19,004 nucleotides of DNA from Octopus sinensis. Its lineage: Eukaryota. The translations under genes and the position numbers were made by a program. This document shows positions 1 to 8,330 of this stretch, piece after piece. The first letter of the stretch is position 1. Each line of letters opens with the position of its first letter. The stretch covers positions 1 to 19,004 of the forward strand of contig NW_021824356.1 in NCBI RefSeq assembly GCF_006345805.1, given 5' to 3'. The notes below the pieces were generated by a model. The model had not been told where the DNA came from, did no database searches, and saw nothing but the letters and a program-made list of their open reading frames with translations.

Positions 1-62
1 ATGTAATGGACTTATCCCTTCTCCCAAAATGTCAGGCCTTGTTCCTATAGTGGAAAAGATTA
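1..62 (+). mobile_element. 3' tail fragment of SINE-A, tail variant B (cut by window edge)
   Basis: GTAATGGACTTATCCCTTCTCCCAAAATGTCAGGCCTTGTTCCTATAGTGGAAAAG matches the tail of the minus-strand copy at 4024-4150 (GTAATCGACTTATTCCTTCCCTCAAAATTTCAGGCCTCGTGCCTATATTAGAAAAG). Confidence 0.65.
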
Positions 63-249
63 TAATAGTTAAGCAACTACCATATTTAGTAATTGCTTAG
101 GAGAAATTACGATAAAACAAGCTCGTTCCGGCCTGTTCAGGCTCGTTCAAGCTCATTCTGGCTTAGGGACATCTGAGCTTGAACGGGCTACGTTTCTGTA
201 TGAAGCCTGTGAAACTTTAAGTCGCATAGAACCGTATCAAACTATTTTG

Positions 250-265
250 AATAATAATAATATAA

Positions 266-344
<79 letters not shown>

Positions 345-400
345 ATAATAATATGTATATATATATAATGACATATACACACACATATATATAATAAAGA
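250..400. repeat. (AAT)n microsatellite grading into (TA)/(CA)
   Basis: Direct inspection. Confidence 0.95.
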
Positions 401-889
401 ATTATATAAATTATACATACCTCATATATTATGAATATTTGATAATAAAATTACAAATATAAAAAATGCAAAAATACAAATAGAAATTATTATCATAGAA
501 ATATATAAGACTAACAAAAAATACTATGCGAAAACCGAAATAAATATATGAAAAAGACAAACTTGAAAGATAATCAAAAGGAAATGAAGAAAAAGAAGAA
601 AAGAACTTGAAAGAAAACAAGATGGTGGAGGGCAGGGTAGATTCTTCTATCTCTAGCTTGCATTTCTGATATCGTGCCATCTGTTTAGTTGTAAATTCTA
701 GACGTTTCATCGCCCTAGTTTGATGGATGAGTATATTGCCCTGATATATTTTATAGTTCCTGCTCTGCTAATCTTTGATATAATTTGTAATGTTTATTTG
801 TTTAAACTAGGTTATATGTTGATGTGTTTAATTAAATAACAAAACTAAAGAGATGTGCTACTCAATATGGAATTTTAAACTTATTTACT

Positions 890-896
890 GTATACG

Positions 897-960
<64 letters not shown>

Positions 961-967
961 GATATAA

Positions 968-1028
<61 letters not shown>

Positions 1029-1149
1029 ATATGTATATATATGTATATATATATGTATATATATATATATAATATATTAATATATATATATATGTATATA
1101 TATACATATATACATATGTATATGTATATATGTATATATATGTATATAT
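890..1149. repeat. (TA)n/(TATG)n compound microsatellite
   Basis: Direct inspection; source of the IYIY ORFs. Confidence 0.95.
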
Positions 1150-1154
1150 TCGTT

Positions 1155-1226
1155 TGACCTCGATGTGATTCGAACACGCAGCCTTCTGATCTGGAGTCAG
1201 ACGCGCTACCTTTATGCCTGCGGTAT
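1155..1226 (-). pseudogene. tRNA-Trp(CCA) pseudogene
   Basis: Minus strand reads ATACCGCAGGCATAAAGGTAGCGCGTCTGACTCCAGATCAGAAGGCTGCGTGTTCGAATCACATCGAGGTCA. The 3' ~56 nt nearly match canonical animal tRNA-Trp (anticodon arm TCTGA-CTCCAGA-TCAGA, T loop TTCGAAT). The 5' acceptor strand cannot pair with CGAGGTC, the T stem has a C-A mismatch, and there is no downstream oligo-T terminator. Confidence 0.85.
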
Positions 1227-1650
1227 ATTCACTGCTTACGTTTAATTGACTTTGTGTTGTTTTTTTTTTCCTGTTTTTCATTTTTGATTTGCCTATTCGT
1301 CAATACCCATTCAAGCATACATACATAGACTCACATAACTATGTATGTGTATATAGACATACGTACTCACATGCGCGTGTGTACGCTCCCCCCTCCCCCC
1401 ACACACATACCCCAAAACATGTATATGTGAGTGAGCGAGAATGTCTGCGAAAATTTAGGATTTGTAAACATAAACAGTCTCGAAAATCACTTCTTAATAT
1501 ATATCTATTTCTTCTAATGGCTTTGCAGTCTGAAAGGTCGTCACCATTTAAACATTTCCACAAAGAATTCGCTAAATTATTATATAAGAACCCCAAAATT
1601 ATATTATTAATTTAATCGATTGTAAGGATCATCATAGCGTTGAGCACAGT

Positions 1651-1865
1651 TATTTCTTTACTACCCACAAGGGGCTAAACATAGAGAGGACAAACAAGAA
1701 CGGACAAACGGATTAAGTCGGTTATATCGACCCCAGTGCGTAACTGGTACTTAATTCATCGACCCCGAAATTTATCGACGGCGAAATTTGAACTCAGAAC
1801 GTAATGCCAGTCGAAATACGGCTACGCTTTGCGCCCGGCGTGCTAACGTTTCTGCCAGCTCGCCG
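1651..1865 (-). mobile_element. SINE-A (tRNA-derived), near full length with internal deletion
   Basis: Head CGGCGAGCTGGCAGAAACGTTAGC, B-box GAGTTCAAATT, tail GCCCCTTGTGGGTAGTAAAGAAATA. TSD CGTTGAGCACAGT at 1638-1650 and 1866-1878. Confidence 0.9.
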
Positions 1866-1879
1866 CGTTGAGCACAGTG

Positions 1880-1977
1880 CATTACGAAACCTTTTTGTCA
1901 TACTTCGTTCCGAGTTTAAATGCCGTCGATGTCGACTATACCTTTCAGCTTTTACTAGGTCGATGAGTAAAGATACG
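1880..1977 (+). mobile_element. old, diverged SINE-A core fragment
   Basis: CGTTCCGAGTTTAAATGCCGTCGATGTCGACTATACCTTTCAGCTTTTACTAGGTCGATGAG aligns to CGTTCTGAGTTCAAATTCCGCCGAGGTCGACTTTGCCTTTCATCCTTTCGGGGTCGATAAA of the young copies. Confidence 0.6.
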
Positions 1978-2009
1978 CCTCCTTTGTTTCCCCTTGAACA
2001 TTTCGCTGG

Positions 2010-2412
2010 GTACCTCAAGATCATTCAGAGGTTCAATTCGTTCCAGCAATGGCGTCTAAGCAGAATGCTCAAGATCACTTATATGGACAGAATCATAAAT
2101 ATTGAAGTCTTGAGAAGAGGCAATGTGCAGAGCTTACAGGAAAATATAGCGGAAAGAAGTGTCGTACATGCAGATCAGATTATCTGACTATTTGAAGAAG
2201 GGATACCCAAGACAATGGGTACCACCAGAGGAACGGAAAAACAGAGGTAGCTCCAAGAAGACCTGACACATCACCTTCAAAGAAGTTCTGAAGCAAGTTA
2301 GCATATACTGAGAAAAGGTAGTCAACTATGTTCAAATCTGGGATGATTAGAAAACGTGTTGCTGCCCGATTTAAAGGTCAACTGCACAAGAAGAACTAAG
2401 ACTAAGGCTAAG
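2010..2412 (+). mobile_element. decayed RTE-clade LINE, 3' end of ORF plus short-repeat tail
   Basis: Translation RFNSFQQWRLSRMLKITYMDRIINIEVLRRGNVQSLQENIAER...EEGIPK...PPEERKNRGSSKKT resembles the RTE post-RT C-terminus (F..W.LRR.L.I.W.DR..N.EVLRR...GRP.K.W). It has stops and frameshifts and ends in an (ACTAAG)-like repeat tail. Confidence 0.8.
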
Positions 2413-2414
2413 AT

Positions 2415-2912
2415 TCCGCTTGGCGGATGCTGGGAGAGCCAAGAGGGCGTTTATGTCTGCATGCGGCTATACAGGCACCTATCTATTAATTTGTCTGTTG
2501 CTGTCGACGATGACCAAGGAGATTACAATGGAGAAGAAGACAGGAGGTGGTATGTCCAGCTGTGGTGAGGACCGAATGACATGGAAGCTGTAGTCACAAA
2601 TCTAAACACAGGGGTTCCAGGGCGTAGAGTTACTCCCCACTAACCGAAGCAGTAATGGAGATTGGCTGTCCCCTGACTGTCTGAGTAGCCCTCATTTTGT
2701 AGTAAAAAAAAAACCCAGACAAAAACATCAGCGACATTGATCACCGCTGACACATGGAATGTGCGAACGCTCATGGACATCTCCAAAGTAAATAGGCCTG
2801 AGAAACAACAAACTGAATTGCATCTCAAAACATTGGCAGCCTTTTAACAATCATTTCAAAAATATCCTCGCTTTCAGTTCGTCGCAAGAGAATTCGGTAG
2901 GCGCAACATCCA
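2415..2912 (+). mobile_element. decayed RTE-clade LINE, probable 5' UTR plus start of the APE endonuclease domain
   Basis: TWNVRTLMDISKVNRPE from 2752, then after a ~65-bp interruption FVAREFGRRNI at 2878-2910. This matches the RTE-1 N-terminal motif TWNVRTL...RPE...ARELxRYNI. The 5' UTR boundary is approximate. Confidence 0.75.
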
Positions 2913-3004
2913 CAAGCACCTAAAACAATTAACGAAAACATAACCCATGTTACCAAGTCGTATTCGATCGCGAGTGACGGTTGACTTTAATATACTGTAC
3001 TCTA

Positions 3005-3603
3005 GAGCGGCGAGCTGGCAGAATCGTTAGCACGCCGAGTGAAATGCTTAGCGGTATTTCGTCTGCGTTACGTTGTGAGTTCAAATTCCGCCGAGGTCGA
3101 CTTTGCCTTTCATCCTTTCGGGGTCGATAAATTAAGTACCAGTTACGCACTGGGGTCGATGTAATCGACTTAATACCTATGTCTGTCCTTGTTTGTCCCC
3201 TCTGTGTTTAGCCCCTTGTGGGTAATAAAGAAATAGGTATTTCGTCTGCCGTTACGTTCTGAGTTCAAATTACACCGAGGTCGACTTTGCCTTTCATCCT
3301 TTCGGGTTCGATTAAATAAGTACCAGTTACACACTGGGGTCGATATAATCGACTTAATCCGTTTGTCTGTCCTTGTTTGTCCCTTCTGTGTTTAGCCCCT
3401 TGTGGGTAGTAAAGAAATAGGTATTTCGTCTGCTGTTACGTTCTGAATTCAAATTCTGCCGAGGTCGACTTTGCCTTTCATACTTTCGGTATCGATTAAA
3501 TAAGTACCAGTTACGAACTGAGGTCGATGTAATCGACTTAATCCTTTTGTCTGTCCTTGTTTGTCCCCTCTATGTTTAGCCCCCTGTGGGCAATAAAGAA
3601 ATA
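3005..3603 (+). mobile_element. SINE-A trimer: one head plus three head-less 183-184 bp units
   Basis: Units 3053-3235, 3236-3419 and 3420-3603 are joined at AAAGAAATA|GGTATTTCG. A single 14-bp TSD ATATACTGTACTCT (2990-3003, 3605-3618) flanks the whole array. Confidence 0.92.
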
Positions 3604-4023
3604 TATATACTGTACTCTTAATACCCATTTCTTTATTTTCTTTCACTAAGAATGTCATAATTTACATGTGGTTGCACAAAGAGGAAATATACGAATATAA
3701 TTAGTTTGTTCTGAGGAAAGAATTTCCTGTGTGTTTTCACAGCAAAGAAATCGTTTAAGAATGTTTTGAGTAATTAGATCAATATGTTGTGTATATTTTA
3801 ACATCTATTTTTGTACCAACGAACAGATAAGTAATACCACCTGCTCGTATTCTCTCCTATTCATTCTGCAGTGTTTTAATGTTTGTTGAGTGAACACTGG
3901 AATCGATGCAGTTAATGCTTGGAGGCCGAAAAAGCAATGAAATTTTTGAAGTGTCAAAATATATTTCAATGTTTTCATTGAGCAGCGAAGGTACATGGTT
4001 TCAAACTAAGTGGCTAGGTAAAT

Positions 4024-4150
4024 GTTCTTTTCTAATATAGGCACGAGGCCTGAAATTTTGAGGGAAGGAATAAGTCGATTACATAGCCCCTATTGTGTAA
4101 CTGGTACTTATTTCATCGACCCCGAAAGGATGAAAGGCAAAGTCGACCTC
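4024..4150 (-). mobile_element. 5'-truncated SINE-A core with tail variant B
   Basis: Core GAGGTCGACTTTGCCTTTCATCCTTTCGGGGTCGAT, followed by tail CCTTCCCTCAAAATTTCAGGCCTCGTGCC instead of the GCCCCTTGTGGG tail. Confidence 0.85.
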
Positions 4151-4313
4151 AGAGGTGGTTAGGTAAGTTTTAAGACTTGTAAGGGACATGGTATTTCGTT
4201 ATGCATCCAAAACACACTAAAGTATACTAAGCATTTTTATAAGTCAATACTCAATGTTCTGCTGTGTTAGTTATATAATTCCTATAGAATATCAGTAGAT
4301 ACAACCTTAATAA

Positions 4314-4645
4314 TTGATTAGGGTTTTTACACTCATGATCCTTAGATTGTGGTTTCGATTCCTGGACCTGACATCGAATTGTGTTCTTGAGCAAAACATT
4401 TCATTTCCCGTTGTTCCAGTCCAACTGCTGTAAAATGAGTTCCATTAATAGCTGGGAGATTAACCCTGTGAAGGATAAGTGCCCCGTTCAGAAGAAGTGG
4501 GGAGCATTGTGATTTTAGTCACTAAACTTCATGTAAACCGTGTTAAACTCCGGCCTTAAAACAGACCCTAATGTAACACGTGACAACACTGACTCTTTCG
4601 GTTATAAAAGCTGGTTTAAGCTCCGTCTTTATGGGCTCTAGGGAT
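4314..4645 (+). mobile_element. old tRNA-headed SINE with CORE-like centre (head related to SINE-C)
   Basis: GATTAGGGT...GGTTTCGATTCCTGG (B-box), then TGTGTTCTTGAGCAAAACA (CORE-like) and TGTTCCAGTCCAACTGCTGTAAAATGAGT. The 3' part has a duplicated AAACCG..AAACTCCGGCCT / AAAGCTGG..AAGCTCCGTCT motif. Boundaries are approximate. Confidence 0.55.
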
Positions 4646-4798
4646 CATAAAAGATCTAAGTTTAAATAACTTGTTGAAATCACCAACAAAACAGATTTCA
4701 TGACTGTCTGATTATTTTTATAATAACTCCTTACAAAATATCCCGTGTCTCTTAACTTTTTACTTTAGATTTTACCTGACATATTTAAAGACATTTGT

Positions 4799-4799
4799 G

Positions 4800-4852
<53 letters not shown>

Positions 4853-4886
4853 CATCATCATCATCATCGTCATCATCATCATTATT

Positions 4887-4930
<44 letters not shown>

Positions 4931-4940
4931 TACTGTTATT

Positions 4941-4981
<41 letters not shown>

Positions 4982-5059
4982 TTTAATTATTATTATTATT
5001 ATTATTATTAGCGTCATCATCATCATTATCATCATCATCATTATTACTATTATTATTAC

Positions 5060-5116
<57 letters not shown>

Positions 5117-5181
5117 CATTATTATTATTATCATCATCATCATCATCATCGTCATCATCGTCATCATCCTCATCATCATCA

Positions 5182-5246
<65 letters not shown>

Positions 5247-5255
5247 TTATTATTT
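4799..5255. repeat. compound (ATT)n/(ATC)n microsatellite, ~450 bp
   Basis: Direct inspection; source of the poly-I/M/L ORFs. Confidence 0.97.
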
Positions 5256-5890
5256 CAGGAAAACCCTAATCTTATTTTGCCGAGTATGATGGGAAGCGCC
5301 AGCTGTCTACAGCCAGCAGACTAAGGTGACACCTGTTTGCTGATCATGCTTTAAGAATCCTGCGGAGATCTCTTGCAGTTCCAAACGATGAGAATTTTGT
5401 AGGTATTCTATCATCCTTACATTTCCACCAATCTTTTTTGAGCCACGTTGGTAGTTGAGTGCTGATACTTCCAAAAGCATGCCAATCACTATTAGTATCA
5501 CGTCTACCTGCATATTTCCCACTTCAGTTCATCATAATTGTTGAGTTTTTCTTCTTTCTCGTCGATTCGAGAAATGTCACTGGGAAATGCTATGTCGATT
5601 AACAGGCATGTGTTTTCCTTTCTGTTCATCACAACGGTGTCAGGTTTCCGATGTCTAATCTGATGATCACACTGAATCGTTGCATCCCACAGGATTTTAC
5701 AATCTTCATTCACGGTAGCTCTTTCTGCGATTTGGTCATATAATTTCCAGAGAGTTCCCACATGCTCATGTCATCTTTTGCATTCATGTCGTACCAATTT
5801 CGGGCATTCACTATCAATGTGCCACACGTTTCACATCTCTCACAACATATTCTGCATTTGTCGCTCTCAGCTATGTTACCAATTCTGCAC
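5256..5890 (-). mobile_element. 5'-truncated RLE-type non-LTR retrotransposon (R4/Dong-like), decayed 3' end
   Basis: Across a frameshift: CCHC knuckle DKCRICCERCET/VWHIDSECPKL, then KILWDATIQCDHQIRHRKPDTVVMNRKENTCLLIDIAFP (PD-(D/E)xK restriction-like endonuclease), then VILIVIGML...EYLQ. A short 3' UTR runs into (TAA)n. Confidence 0.88.
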
Positions 5891-6119
5891 CTTACATAGA
5901 TCGCGGAAGAAGAACAATTTCACTATTGGCAAGTAAGGGTTGTTTATCGTGTAAATTGCCCGTGGGCCGCCCACAGTTGAGGTGACCGCTAATAACCCAG
6001 AATTAGCGGTCAATGGTTCGAAGTTCGTTGACATGGCGTTTCTTTGAAGGATACAAATAATTACATTATTTGCATAATTTGCATTAGACGGGAAATTTGT
6101 CTTCATCTTGTTTGTTGTT

Positions 6120-6167
6120 AGCACAACATTTCGGCTGACATAATTTCCAGCCTTCATCAGGTGTCTT
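6120..6167 (-). ncRNA. minimal type I hammerhead ribozyme motif (Penelope-type), degenerate
   Basis: Minus strand reads AAGACAC-CTGATGA-A-GGCTGG-AAATTATG-TCAGCC-GAAA-TGT-T-GTGCT. Core CUGAUGA and GAAA are present, stem II is GGCUG/CAGCC, stem I is CAC/GUG, and stem III has no loop (AUGU, probably ancestral palindromic ACGU). Confidence 0.7.
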
Positions 6168-6201
6168 GGGGAAATTTCGAACCAGGGTTCTCATTTTTCG
6201 A

Positions 6202-6203
<2 letters not shown>

Positions 6204-6256
<53 letters not shown>
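6204..6256. repeat. (AAT)n linker inside the composite element
   Basis: Direct inspection. Confidence 0.95.
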
Positions 6257-6260
<4 letters not shown>

Positions 6261-6331
6261 TCACTGCCTGGAATCGAACTCGGAATCTTGGGGTTAGTAG
6301 CCCGCGCTCTTAACCACTGCGCCATATACCC
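6257..6331 (-). mobile_element. tRNA-derived SINE head (Pol III A and B boxes)
   Basis: Minus strand reads GGGTATATGGCGCAGTGGTTAAGAGCGCGGGCTACTAACCCCAAGATTCCGAGTTCGATTCCAGGCAGTGACCTG. A-box TGGCGCAGTGG and B-box GAGTTCGATTCC are present. The anticodon stem has only 3 bp and the acceptor stem is unpaired, so this is not a functional tRNA. Confidence 0.8.
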
Positions 6332-6583
6332 ATGTAAATAATGTACATAATTCCTCATCTCTTAAATATAGAACTGTATAAATAATTAGATTGGTTTTCC
6401 TGTTGAGGAATGCTGCAGAGTTTTGCAGTATATAGAGTTTCTCAAGGAGGCAGAGTTCGGAATTAAGGGATCTTAATTAAGGGATTTTAATGTGTGTTTG
6501 TGTGCATGTGTACACGTGTGCGTGTGTACGTGTGCGTGTATGCATGTGTGTTTATATGTATTCGACAGATTATTTTATATACA

Positions 6584-6800
6584 CTTTGTTCTTTTTACTC
6601 TTCTACTTGTTTCAGTCATTCGACTGCGGCTACGCTGGAGTACTGCCTTCAGTCGAACAAATAGACCCCAGGACTTATTCTTCGTAAGCCTAGTACTTAT
6701 GCTATCGGGCTCTTTTGCCGAACCGTTAAGTTACGGGAACGTAAACACACCAACATCGGTTGTCATGCGATGGAGGGGGTACAAATACGGACATTCACAT
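6584..6800 (-). mobile_element. SINE-B 3' half (5' half absent)
   Basis: Reverse complement aligns with 16075-16283 (CAACCGATG...CGGTTCGGCAAAAGAG...GAATAAGTCC.GGGGTC...CTCCAGC...GCAGTC.AATGACTGAAACAAGTA). Confidence 0.85.
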
Positions 6801-6807
6801 ACACATT

Positions 6808-6838
<31 letters not shown>

Positions 6839-6927
6839 CAACACACACATATATTATATAATATATATATATATATATATATATGATAGACTTTTTTCAG
6901 TTATATATATATTTATATGACGGGCTT

Positions 6928-6972
<45 letters not shown>

Positions 6973-7010
6973 ATGTGTATATATATATATGTATGTATAT
7001 ACACACATAT
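6800..7010. repeat. (CA)n/(TA)n/(TG)n compound microsatellite
   Basis: Direct inspection. Confidence 0.9.
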
Positions 7011-7017
7011 GATATTT

Positions 7018-7239
7018 CTGGCAGAAACGTTAGCACGCCCGGTGAAATGCGTAGCCGTATTTCGTCTGCCGCTACGTTCTGAGTTCAAATTCCGCCGAGA
7101 TTGACTTTGCCTTTCATCCTTTCGGGGTCGATAAATTAAGTACCAGTTACCCACTGGGGTCGATATAATCGACTTAATCCGCTTGCCTGTCCTTGTTAGT
7201 CCTCTCTGTGTTTAGCACCTTGTGGGTAGTAAAGAAATA
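7018..7239 (+). mobile_element. SINE-A, slightly 5'-truncated
   Basis: Complete body and tail; TSD GATATTTCT at 7011-7019 and 7240-7248. Confidence 0.9.
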
Positions 7240-7384
7240 GATATTTCTTTATGTTGTTGTTATGACTGATGGTAGTGGCGGTGGAAGCGGTTGGCGATTC
7301 GTGGATTTGTCCTTGTCTTCTGCAATTTTCTCACCGCTTGCAAAAATACTGAAAGATAAAGCAAAGCGACAGGATGGGACAAAG

Positions 7385-7570
7385 TGGAGAGATATAGAAA
7401 GAAAATTACATATAGAAAAAGAGAGACATAGAGAGAGAGAGAGGAGAAAGACAGGAGAGAGAGAGAGATGAAAGAGAAGAGAGAAAAAGAGAGGAAGACA
7501 AAAAAAACTAAGAATGAATGAATGAAGAGAATAAAGTGAGAAGTAGTGAGAGTAGTTAGAGGAAAGAAAG
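7385..7570. repeat. GA-rich low-complexity tract
   Basis: Direct inspection. Confidence 0.8.
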
Positions 7571-7740
7571 ATGCGCGTCGAGAAAAGAAGGGATTGGATG
7601 CTACGGCGGCAAGATGGCGTGTGATAATTACGACTTCCCCTTTCTGCTACGAATAAGTATATAAAGTAAAGATAGAGAAGGAAAGGGGGACAGATACATC
7701 AAACAGCGCCATATTGTGCGTGTAGTATGGCGTAGTTGTA
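7570..7740. promoter_or_regulatory. candidate promoter-like CpG-containing segment with YY1-type motifs
   Basis: ATTGG at 7593-7597, CAAGATGGCG at 7610-7619, CGCCATATT at 7707-7715 and GTATGGCG at 7725-7732, in sequence that matches no repeat in this window. Motif evidence only. Confidence 0.25.
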
Positions 7741-8054
7741 AGAGTGGTTCTTGTACGTTGTGAGGTAGTGTGTTGTAATGGACGATTAGGGGTGTTTATG
7801 GTGTTGTGATAGGAATAATAGCAGACCGAGCAATGATTGTTTATGTTAGCGAACAGAAGTAATAGAATCGGTTGATTTATTTGACGAGATGGTGGTCGAG
7901 ACCCTCGTGTTATTCACTCACAATAGCTTTTGCTGAAAATTTATTTCCAAGGATCAAGAAGGATTTTAGGCGTAAATCTTTGATAATCGTAACAAATTGC
8001 AAAAAAAAGAAGAAAAAAAAAAAACGAAAAGAAAAAGAAATTATAGCATCGTTA

Positions 8055-8211
8055 ATGACGAAGCTGTTTGGTAAGAAGTTTGCTTCCGAACCACATGGAT
8101 CCACGTTCAATCGGTCTGCATGGCACCTTGGGTTAGTGTCTTCTAATATAACCTCGAGCAGACCAAAGCCTTGTGAGAGGATTCAGTAAGCGGAAACTGA
8201 AAGAAGCCCGT
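8055..8211 (+). mobile_element. SINE-B 5' half (tRNA head plus CORE-like centre), diverged
   Basis: Aligns with 15877-16038 (GCTGT.TGGTAAG...GGCACCTTGGG...GACCAAAGCCTTGTGAG...GGAAACTGAAAGAAGCCCGT); ends in a microsatellite. Confidence 0.85.
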
Positions 8212-8281
8212 TATATGTATGTACGTATGTATGTATATACGCACAGGCACGCACACACACGCACACACACACACACACACA

Positions 8282-8322
<41 letters not shown>

Positions 8323-8330
8323 ATACACAT

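Noticed and set aside
429-710. 93-aa minus-strand ORF
   Set aside because: The C-terminal two-thirds is low-complexity; the N-terminal part matches no motif I recognise.
2415-2500. HDV-like ribozyme at the RTE 5' end
   Set aside because: Known for some RTEs, but I could not fit the nested P1/P2/P3/L3 pattern; a descriptor search would be needed.
3053-3603. Tandem 184-bp units as a CRISPR array or hammerhead retrozyme
   Set aside because: There are no unique spacers, no CTGANGA core on either strand of the unit, and a tRNA head is present.
3805-3996. Possible exon or ORF on either strand
   Set aside because: Splice signals are weak and the peptides are not recognisable.
6257-6331. Functional tRNA-Ser(ACT)
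   Set aside because: The anticodon stem has only 3 bp and the acceptor stem does not pair; it is a SINE head.
7614-7664. MACDNYDFPFLLRI as a Rab-like first exon
   Set aside because: The resemblance to YDxLFK is superficial, the donor is weak, and no downstream GxxxxGK exon was seen.
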